This document shows positions 56,977 to 64,000 of a DNA stretch of 64,000 bases, piece by piece. The notes below the pieces were generated by a model. It saw only the letters and a program-made list of their open reading frames with translations. It was not told the origin of the DNA and made no database searches. How positions within the stretch are numbered: position 1 is the first letter of the stretch; each line of letters opens with the position of its first letter. Location: NCBI GenBank assembly GCA_004322005.1, contig SCRF01000109.1, forward strand, positions 632 through 64,631. The letters run 5' to 3'. Source of the DNA: Rhodanobacter sp. GTDB taxonomy: Bacteria > Pseudomonadota > Gammaproteobacteria > Xanthomonadales > Rhodanobacteraceae. A program made the translations under genes and the position numbers.

Positions 56977-58419
56977 ATGCGCCTGCATATCCTCGGTATC
57001 TGCGGCACCTTCATGGGCGGCGTCGCCGCGCTGGCACGCGAGCTCGGGCTGAGCGTCGAGGGTTCCGACGCCAACGTCTACCCGCCGATGAGCGACCAGT
57101 TGCAGGCGCTGGGTATCGAGCTGATGCACGGTTATGCGGCGGAACATCTGCAGCCGGCGCCGGACCTGGTGGTGGTCGGCAACGCGATGACCCGCGGCAA
57201 TCCGGCGGTGGAGTACATGCTGGATCAGCGTCTGCGCTACATCTCCGGCCCGCAGTGGCTGGGCGATACCGTGCTGGCGCAGCGCGAGGTGCTGGCGGTG
57301 GCCGGCACGCACGGCAAGACCACCACCGCGAGCCTGTTGGCGCATCTGCTGGAAAGTATGGGGCTCGCGCCGGGGTTCCTGATCGGCGGGGTGCCGGGGA
57401 ATTTCGGGGTGTCGGCGCGGCTGGGTGGAGTGCGGCCGCACGGCGCTCAGAGTCCTCCTTCCGGCGCTGCGCGCCTCCTTCCCCCGCGGGCGGGGGGGGA
57501 CGCCAGGGTGTTGGCTGCGCCGTTTGTGATTGAGGCGGATGAATACGACACGGCGTTCTTCGACAAGCGCTCGAAGTTCGTGCATTACCATCCACGCATC
57601 GCGATCCTGAACAATCTCGAGTACGACCATGCCGACATCTTCCCGGATGTGGCCGCGATCCAGCGCCAGTTCCATCATCTGGTGCGCATCGTGCCGGGGA
57701 ATGGACGGCTGATCGTCAATGCCGATGATCGTCGCCTCGCCGAAGTGCTGGCGATGGGCTGCTGGACGCCGGTGGAAACCTTCGGCATCGGTGGCGGCGA
57801 TTGGCAGGCAAGCTTGATCGAGGCGGACGGCTCGGCCTTCGTCGTGCATCGTCGCGGCGAGCGGATCGGCGAGGTGCGCTGGCCGCTGCTGGGCAGGCAC
57901 AGCGTGATGAATGCGCTCGCCGCACTCGCCGCTGCGACCGCGGCGGGTGCCGATCCACGCGCGCTGCTTGGCGCATTCGCCACGTTCGAGGGCGTGAAAC
58001 GGCGGATGGAACTCGTGGGCGAGGTCAATGGCGTGCGCGTCTACGACGACTTCGCCCATCACCCCACCGCGATCGCCACGACCCTGGCCGGGCTGCGCGC
58101 CAGGGTCGGCAAGGCGCGCATCCTGGTGGCATTGGAACCACGCTCCAACTCGATGCGCCAGGGCGCGCATGCGCAGGCGCTGGCGCCCTCGCTGGCCGAT
58201 GCCGATGTCGTGTTGCTGCTGCATCGTCCGGAACTGGCGTGGGATGCCGGTCGGGTCACCGCGGCGCTGGGCGGCCGCGGCAGCACGGTACCGACGGTGG
58301 ATGCGCTGATCGATGCACTGCGCGGCCAGGTACAGCCGGGTGACCAGGTCATCTTCATGTCCAATGGCGGCTTCGAGGCTGCACCACGGCGTTTCGTGGA
58401 GAGCCTGCGGCGGCATTGA
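56977..58419 (+). CDS. mpl: UDP-N-acetylmuramate:L-alanyl-gamma-D-glutamyl-meso-DAP ligase
   Basis: MRLHILGICGTFMGG.., GTHGKTTT, IEADEYDTAFFDKRSKFVHY and NLEYDHADIF are collinear with E. coli Mpl except for one ~30 aa insert. Confidence 0.88.
   Translation: MRLHILGICGTFMGGVAALARELGLSVEGSDANVYPPMSDQLQALGIELMHGYAAEHLQPAPDLVVVGNAMTRGNPAVEYMLDQRLRYISGPQWLGDTVLAQREVLAVAGTHGKTTTASLLAHLLESMGLAPGFLIGGVPGNFGVSARLGGVRPHGAQSPPSGAARLLPPRAGGDARVLAAPFVIEADEYDTAFFDKRSKFVHYHPRIAILNNLEYDHADIFPDVAAIQRQFHHLVRIVPGNGRLIVNADDRRLAEVLAMGCWTPVETFGIGGGDWQASLIEADGSAFVVHRRGERIGEVRWPLLGRHSVMNALAALAAATAAGADPRALLGAFATFEGVKRRMELVGEVNGVRVYDDFAHHPTAIATTLAGLRARVGKARILVALEPRSNSMRQGAHAQALAPSLADADVVLLLHRPELAWDAGRVTAALGGRGSTVPTVDALIDALRGQVQPGDQVIFMSNGGFEAAPRRFVESLRRH
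57427..57522. repeat. C-tract/G-tract repeat-like insertion inside mpl, in frame
   Basis: ..cctccttccggcgctgcgcgcctccttcccccgcgggcgggggggga.. encodes GVRPHGAQSPPSGAARLLPPRAGGDARVLAAP between SARLG and FVIEADEYD. Confidence 0.6.
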
Positions 58420-58526
58420 GGCGGCAAATTCTCGTGCTGGACGCAGGAGCCGGGAGCCGCAGTGGACAGGCCACGGGAATCGTCGGGATCGTGGTTTGCG
58501 GCGATGGCAGCGGCTAAACTGAGCCG

Positions 58527-59129
58527 ATGGTTGTGCCGACTCCACTCATCGAGATGCCCTTGTTTCCGCTCTCTGCGGTGCTGTTTCCCGGTGGCCAGCT
58601 GCAGTTGCGCATTTTCGAGCCGCGCTATCTCGACCTGGTCCGCGAATGCACCCGCCAGGGTGCCGGTTTCGGTGTGTGCCTGATCCTGCAGGGGACCGAG
58701 ACGGGGGCACCGGCAGTGCCGGCCGGCATCGGCACGATGGCACGCATCAGCGACTTCGATCGCGACGACGATGGTCTGCTGGGCATTGTCGCCGAGGGCG
58801 GCTCGCGCTTCCGGGTCGAGCGCAGCCGGGCGCGATCCGATGGGCTGCTTCGCGGCGACGTGGAGGTATGGCCGGCGGAACCGGCACTGGCAGTACCGGT
58901 GGAGTTTGCCTTGCTGCAAAACATCCTGGAACGGCTGATCGAGACGATGTCGCCGCGTTGGCGGCATGCGCCACGCAGTGCCTATGACGATGCGAGCTGG
59001 CTGGGGTTTCGTCTGGCTGAGCTGTTGCCGCTGGAGCCGATCGAGCAACAGCGCATGCTGGAGTTGAACGACCCGCTGCTGCGGCTGGCGGAATTGCGCG
59101 ACATCCTGCCCCGATTTCAGAAGGGGTGA
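58527..59129 (+). CDS. LON substrate-binding (N-terminal) domain protein
   Basis: MPLFPLSAVLFPGGQLQLRIFEPRY.. is the classic LON_N start. There is no ATPase or protease part. Confidence 0.7.
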   Translation: MVVPTPLIEMPLFPLSAVLFPGGQLQLRIFEPRYLDLVRECTRQGAGFGVCLILQGTETGAPAVPAGIGTMARISDFDRDDDGLLGIVAEGGSRFRVERSRARSDGLLRGDVEVWPAEPALAVPVEFALLQNILERLIETMSPRWRHAPRSAYDDASWLGFRLAELLPLEPIEQQRMLELNDPLLRLAELRDILPRFQKG

Positions 59130-59214
59130 GTGGCCGACGGTCGATCGGCTGCGACCGACCCGACTCCAGCAGCCTGACCGGCGGGAGCGATCCGCCCGGT
59201 AGCGCCGTGCCCCC

Positions 59215-59289
59215 GTAGGAGCGCGCTTGCGCGCGATGCTCTTGTCGATGAACATCCGCGGAGAGCATCGCGCGCAAGCGCGCTCCTAC
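59215..59289. repeat. GTAG-type REP inverted dimer
   Basis: gtaggagcgcgcttgcgcgcgatgctct..agagcatcgcgcgcaagcgcgctcctac. Confidence 0.85.
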
Positions 59290-59362
59290 ACACCATCGAG
59301 ATCGCTGACCGGGCGGCCCGGTCGGCCACCGTCCGACGGACTGCTAAACTGCCGCATTCATC

Positions 59363-60196
59363 ATGGAGTCGATGCACATGGGTGATCTGTCCGGCAAAAC
59401 CTTGTTCGTCACCGGGGCCTCGCGCGGCATCGGCCTGGCGATCGCGCTGCGCGCCGCACGCGACGGCGCCAACATCGCGATCGCCGCCAAGAGCGCCGTG
59501 GCCAATCCGAAATTGCCGGGCACGATCCATACCGCCGCCGCCGCCATCGAGGCAGCCGGCGGCCGGGCGCTGGCGCTGCAGGTGGATATCCGCGAAGAAC
59601 AACAGGTGCGCGCTGCCGCCGCGCAGGCCGCCGAGCATTTCGGCGGCATCGACATCGTGGTCAACAACGCCAGTGCGATCTGGCTGGCCGGCACCGCCGA
59701 GACACCGATGAAGCGCTTCGACCTGATGCATCAGGTCAACACCCGCGGCACCTTCCTGGTGACCCAGAGCTGCCTGCCCTACCTGAAGCAGGCGGCCAAT
59801 CCGCACGTGCTGATGCTGTCGCCGCCGCCGAATCTCGATCCGAAGTGGTTCGCGCCGCACACCGCCTACACCATCGCCAAATACGGCATGAGCCTGTGCG
59901 TGCTGGGCATGAGCGCGGAGTTCGGCGCGCTGGGCATCGCGGTGAACGCACTGTGGCCGCGCACGGTGATCGCCACCGCGGCGATCGCGATGATCGACGG
60001 TGTGCAGCCGCAGCACTGCCGCACACCGGACATCGTCGCCGATGCCGCACATGCCATCCTGACGCGGTCCTCGCGGGACTTTACCGGTCATTTTGCGATC
60101 GACGAGGAGGTGCTGCGTGAGGACGGCGTGGTCGATTTCGGTCGTTATGCGGTGCAACCGGGTATGCCGTTGCTACCGGATCTGTTTCTTGGCTGA
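59363..60196 (+). CDS. short-chain dehydrogenase/reductase (SDR) family oxidoreductase
   Basis: TLFVTGASRGIG, NNAS and YTIAKYG motifs. Alternative starts lie at 59372 and 59378. Confidence 0.8.
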   Translation: MESMHMGDLSGKTLFVTGASRGIGLAIALRAARDGANIAIAAKSAVANPKLPGTIHTAAAAIEAAGGRALALQVDIREEQQVRAAAAQAAEHFGGIDIVVNNASAIWLAGTAETPMKRFDLMHQVNTRGTFLVTQSCLPYLKQAANPHVLMLSPPPNLDPKWFAPHTAYTIAKYGMSLCVLGMSAEFGALGIAVNALWPRTVIATAAIAMIDGVQPQHCRTPDIVADAAHAILTRSSRDFTGHFAIDEEVLREDGVVDFGRYAVQPGMPLLPDLFLG

Positions 60197-60348
60197 CGGT
60201 GGACAGCTCGTCTGTCTGCCATTTCGGGCGATCGGGTTGGGTATCGGGCCGTGCAATGCCATCGGCCAGGACTTACGATGCATTCCGCGCAAGCTCGCCG
60301 GCACTGCCTCGGCCCGCGACCACATCCATGCAACCGCACAGAATATCC

Positions 60349-61575
60349 ATGCCAGCACACGACACCCGTCTGATCGACCTCGGCAAGCGTTACTGGCTGC
60401 CGGTGTACAAACCGCGTGAACTGATACTCGACCACGGCAAGGGTGCGCGGGTCTGGGATACGCAAGGGCGCGATTACGTGGACTTCGGTGCCGGCATCGC
60501 GGTGAACGCGCTGGGCCATCAGGACCCCGATCTGCTTGCCGCGCTCACCGCGCAGGCGCACAAGCTGTGGCACAGCAGCAACGTGTTCTATACCGAGCCA
60601 CCGCTGCGACTGGCCGAGGAGCTGGTGCAGGCCTGCGGCTTTGCCGAGCGGGTGTTCCTGTGCAATTCCGGTGCGGAAGCGAACGAGGCGGCGATCAAGC
60701 TGGTGCGCAAGTGGGCGGCGGCGCAGGGCCGTCCGCCGGAACGGCGTGTCATCGTGACCTTCCACGGCTCGTTCCACGGCCGCACGCTGGCCACGGTCAC
60801 CGCCACCGCACAGCCGAAGTACCAGCAAGGTTACGAGCCGCTGCCGGCGGGTTTCCGCTACGTCGCGTTCAATGATCCCTCTGCGCTGGAAGCCGCCTTC
60901 GCCGCGAACGATGTTGCCGCGGTGATGCTGGAGCCGGTGCAGGGCGAAGGTGGCGTGCTGCCGGCCGCGCCCGGGTTCCTTCAGCGGATTCGCGCGTTGT
61001 GCGATGCCCACGACGCGCTGCTGGTGCTGGACGAGATCCAGTGCGGCATGGGCCGCACCGGCACGCTGTTCGCGCATGAACAGGATCAGGTGCGGCCGGA
61101 CATCGTGACGCTGGCCAAGGCGCTGGGCTGCGGGTTTCCGATCGGTGCGCTGCTGGCCGGCCCGAAGGTGGCCGAGGTGATGCAGTACGGCGCGCACGGC
61201 ACGACCTTCGGCGGCAACCCGCTGGCCGCGGCGGTGGCGCGGGTGGCGTTGCGCAAACTGGCGTCGCCATCCGTGCGGCTGAACGTGGAACACCAGGCGA
61301 ATGCGTTGCGCGCCGGCCTGGCGGAGATCAATCAGGCGTCGGGCCTGTTTGCCGAAGTGCGCGGGCGTGGCCTGATGATCGGCGCGGTGCTGGCCGATGC
61401 ATGGAAAGGCAACGCGGCGGCGATTCTCGATCATGCCGCCGGGCACGGATTGCTGCTGCTGCAGGCAGGCCCTGATGTCCTGCGTTTCTTGCCGCCGCTG
61501 ACGATCGACGACGACGAACTGGCCGAGGGTCTCGCCCGTCTGGGTGCTGCATTACGGGATTTTGTGGCAGGCTGA
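60349..61575 (+). CDS. argD: acetylornithine/succinylornithine-type class III aminotransferase
   Basis: ..CNSGAEANEAAIKL..FHGRT..LDEIQCGMGRTG..TLAKALG.. with the PLP lysine context. Paralogue assignment (ArgD versus AstC) is uncertain. The upstream extension to 60199 was rejected. Confidence 0.75.
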   Translation: MPAHDTRLIDLGKRYWLPVYKPRELILDHGKGARVWDTQGRDYVDFGAGIAVNALGHQDPDLLAALTAQAHKLWHSSNVFYTEPPLRLAEELVQACGFAERVFLCNSGAEANEAAIKLVRKWAAAQGRPPERRVIVTFHGSFHGRTLATVTATAQPKYQQGYEPLPAGFRYVAFNDPSALEAAFAANDVAAVMLEPVQGEGGVLPAAPGFLQRIRALCDAHDALLVLDEIQCGMGRTGTLFAHEQDQVRPDIVTLAKALGCGFPIGALLAGPKVAEVMQYGAHGTTFGGNPLAAAVARVALRKLASPSVRLNVEHQANALRAGLAEINQASGLFAEVRGRGLMIGAVLADAWKGNAAAILDHAAGHGLLLLQAGPDVLRFLPPLTIDDDELAEGLARLGAALRDFVAG

Positions 61576-61603
61576 CGCTTTGTCCCGCGAAGGAATTTCC
61601 CCG

Positions 61604-62026
61604 ATGAAATATCTGCACAGCATGGTGCGCGTACGCGATCTGGATGCCTCGCTGCACTTTTATGTCGACGGGCTCGGACTCGCCGAAGTGCGCCGCAGCG
61701 ACTACCCGCAGGGCCGTTTCACGCTGGTTTTCCTGGCTGCCCCGGAGAGCCCGGACGCGGAGATCGAGCTGACCCACAACTGGGGTTCGCAGGAGGACTA
61801 CGGGTCGGCGCGCAACTTCGGTCACCTCGCGTTCCGCGTCGACGACATCTACGCCAGCTGCGAACGACTGCAGAAGATCGGCGTGACCATCAACCGCCCG
61901 CCGCGCGATGGTCACATGGCCTTCGTGCGCTCACCGGACCTGATCTCGATCGAACTGTTGCAGAAGGGTGATGCATTGCCGCCGCGCGAACCCTGGGTGT
62001 CGATGCCGAACACCGGCGTCTGGTGA
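61604..62026 (+). CDS. gloA: lactoylglutathione lyase (glyoxalase I, VOC family)
   Basis: MKYLHSMVRVRDLDASLHFY..ELTHNWG..GHLAF.V.D..INRPPRDG..AFVRSPD. Confidence 0.8.
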   Translation: MKYLHSMVRVRDLDASLHFYVDGLGLAEVRRSDYPQGRFTLVFLAAPESPDAEIELTHNWGSQEDYGSARNFGHLAFRVDDIYASCERLQKIGVTINRPPRDGHMAFVRSPDLISIELLQKGDALPPREPWVSMPNTGVW

Positions 62027-62074
62027 TGGCCGGTTGCGGTCGGCAGGCATCGGCCGCCGCTCGCGGATGGCTCC

Positions 62075-63361
62075 TCAGCCGGCTTGCGCGACGCGCATGG
62101 CTTCGCGCGCGGCATCCAGTGTCAGCGCAATATCCTCTTCGCGGTGCGCCGCGGACATGAAGCCCGCCTCGAACGCGCTGGGGGCCAGGTAGACGCCGCG
62201 CTTCAGCATGGCGTGGAAGAAGCGGTTGAACAGCCCGGCGTCGCAGGCGGTTGCCCGGGCGAAGCTGGTCACATGTCCGGCGGTGAAGAACAGGCCGAAC
62301 ATGCCGCCCACCCGGTTGGTGCTGAACGGAATGCCGGCGTCATCGGCCACTGCCTGCAGGCCGTCGCACAGTCGTCGTGTGCGCGCGGCGAGTGTTTCGT
62401 GGAAGCCGGGTGCCTGGATCAGTTCCAGCATGGCCAGGCCTGCCGCCATCGCCACCGGGTTGCCGCTCAGGGTGCCAGCCTGATAGATCGGACCGGCGGG
62501 TGCGATCTGTTCCATCAGCTCACGGCGACCGCCATAGGCGCCCACCGGCATGCCGCCGCCGATGATCTTGCCGAAGGTGGTGAGGTCGGGTGTGACGCCG
62601 TAGTGCGCCTGCGCGCCGCCCAGGGCGACGCGGAAACCGGTCATCACCTCGTCGAAGATCAGGACGGTGCCGTGCCGGGTGCACAGTTCACGCAGGCCCT
62701 GCAGGTAACCGTCCACGGGCGGAATGCAATTCATGTTGCCGGCCACCGGCTCGATGATCAGGCTGGCGATTTCGGCCCCCTGTTCGGCAAACAATGCCTT
62801 GGCCGCATCAAGATCGTTGTAGGGCAGCGTGAGGGTGAGGTCGGCATTCGCCCTGGGTACGCCCGGTGAGGTCGGCACGCCGAACGTCAGCGCACCCGAG
62901 CCGGCCTTCACCAGAAAACTGTCGCCGTGGCCGTGATAGCAACCCTCGAACTTCAGGATCTTGTTGCGTCCGGTGGCGCCACGGGCGAGCCGGATCGCCG
63001 ACATGGTCGCCTCGGTGCCGGAATTGACCATGCGAACCATGTCGATGGAAGGAATCAATCGCGTGATGGTCTCGGCCATGGCCACTTCGGCCGGGCAGGG
63101 CGTGCCGAATGACAGGCCGTTCTTCACGGCGCGCTCCACTGCCTCGCGCACCGCAGGGTGGTTGTGGCCGACGATCATCGGCCCCCACGAGCCGACGTAA
63201 TCGATGTAGCGCGTTCCCTCGACATCCCACAGATACGCGCCATCGGCGCGTGCGGTGAAAAACGGTTCGCCGCCCACTGACTTGAAAGCTCTTACCGGCG
63301 AGTTGACGCCGCCCGGGATCAGGTTCCGTGCGCGCTGGAAGAGTTCGTGGTTGGTCGTCAT
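62075..63361 (-). CDS. hemL: glutamate-1-semialdehyde 2,1-aminomutase
   Basis: ..[39 protein letters not shown]. The start overlaps the thiE stop (ATGA). Confidence 0.93.
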   Translation of the reverse strand: MTTNHELFQRARNLIPGGVNSPVRAFKSVGGEPFFTARADGAYLWDVEGTRYIDYVGSWGPMIVGHNHPAVREAVERAVKNGLSFGTPCPAEVAMAETITRLIPSIDMVRMVNSGTEATMSAIRLARGATGRNKILKFEGCYHGHGDSFLVKAGSGALTFGVPTSPGVPRANADLTLTLPYNDLDAAKALFAEQGAEIASLIIEPVAGNMNCIPPVDGYLQGLRELCTRHGTVLIFDEVMTGFRVALGGAQAHYGVTPDLTTFGKIIGGGMPVGAYGGRRELMEQIAPAGPIYQAGTLSGNPVAMAAGLAMLELIQAPGFHETLAARTRRLCDGLQAVADDAGIPFSTNRVGGMFGLFFTAGHVTSFARATACDAGLFNRFFHAMLKRGVYLAPSAFEAGFMSAAHREEDIALTLDAAREAMRVAQAG

Positions 63362-64000
63362 GACGGTGTTCCGGAAGTCGAGGGGTACAGATCGGTGAAG
63401 CGCTGTGCAGCGCTGCGTGCGTCGGTGGCGCCAAACACGGCTGAGACCACGGCCAGATAGTCGGCACCCGCTGCAACCAGTGCGGCTCCATTGTCCGGTG
63501 TGATGCCGCCGATCGCCACCCGCGGCACGCCCAGCGAGGCGCTTTGCCTCAGCAGTTCGATCGACACGCACGGAGCCAGTGGTTTGGTCGGCGAAGGGAA
63601 GAACGCACCGAATGAAATGTAGCTGGCGCCTGCGCCGGCGGCGGCCTGCGCGCGCTGCAGCGAGCCGTGGCAGGATACCCCGATGATTGCCCGGTGCCCC
63701 AGGACCGCGCGCACGGCGCCAGGGTCATCATCATCTCTGCCCAGATGCACGCCATCCGCCGCCACCGCCTGCGCCAGGGCGATGTCATGATCGATGATCA
63801 ACGGTACCCCGTGACGGCTGCACAATTGCCGCAGTGCCGCAGCTTCTGCGTGGCGGCGTTCCGCGTCGTCGGTCAGATCCCGGTATTGCAGCAGTTGTGC
63901 GCCGCCGGCAAGAACCTGTGCCACGGCATCCAGCAGATCGGGACGTGGCCCGCCGGTAATCACGTACAGGCCGTGGCCTGCCAGTTGCGCGAACGTATTC
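63358..64000 (-). CDS. thiE: thiamine-phosphate synthase, N-terminus beyond the window edge
   Basis: ..[42 protein letters not shown]. The frame remains open to position 64000, so the GTG at 63963 in the ORF track is probably internal. Confidence 0.8.
   Translation of the reverse strand, partial: NTFAQLAGHGLYVITGGPRPDLLDAVAQVLAGGAQLLQYRDLTDDAERRHAEAAALRQLCSRHGVPLIIDHDIALAQAVAADGVHLGRDDDDPGAVRAVLGHRAIIGVSCHGSLQRAQAAAGAGASYISFGAFFPSPTKPLAPCVSIELLRQSASLGVPRVAIGGITPDNGAALVAAGADYLAVVSAVFGATDARSAAQRFTDLYPSTSGTPS

Overview
High-GC (about 67%) chromosomal segment from a gammaproteobacterium. Gene content and order suggest the order Xanthomonadales (Lysobacterales), but the genus cannot be determined without a database search. 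The window is almost entirely core housekeeping, with no prophage, CRISPR array, integrase or recognisable defence island. Genes in order: hemD-hemX-hemY; a large fused exopolysaccharide synthase; uvrD; polA; purH-fis; prmA-accC-accB-aroQ; tlpA-dsbD-cutA; groES-groEL; glnE; an LPS core / lipid A cluster (GT4, O-antigen-ligase-like, GT4, deacetylase, lpxL-family, waaA); tolC; ppa; an S9 peptidase; membrane H+-PPase; PPi-dependent PFK; adk; mpl; an argD-like aminotransferase; gloA; hemL-thiE. The most unusual signal lies inside genes, not in a gene cluster. At least three unrelated families of short palindromic repeats occur both in intergenic DNA and, in frame, inside essential coding sequences. 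These are GTAG-type REP dimers, a GGGACCGG-type inverted repeat, and a C-tract/G-tract hairpin element. The affected genes are polA (interdomain linker), uvrD (two sites) and mpl. prmA additionally carries an in-frame 2 x 51 bp tandem duplication. This resembles the in-frame palindromic elements of Rickettsia. Other notable points: an apparent 1-nt frameshift splits the C-terminus of the GH18-like/NodB/GT2 fusion protein; an sX13-like C-rich-loop sRNA candidate lies downstream of polA; a ~140 bp dispersed element is present twice; a GST gene remnant is truncated at a REP; DsbD carries a duplicated N-terminal domain. All functional calls rest on my recognition of translated motifs and synteny. 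No searches were run.
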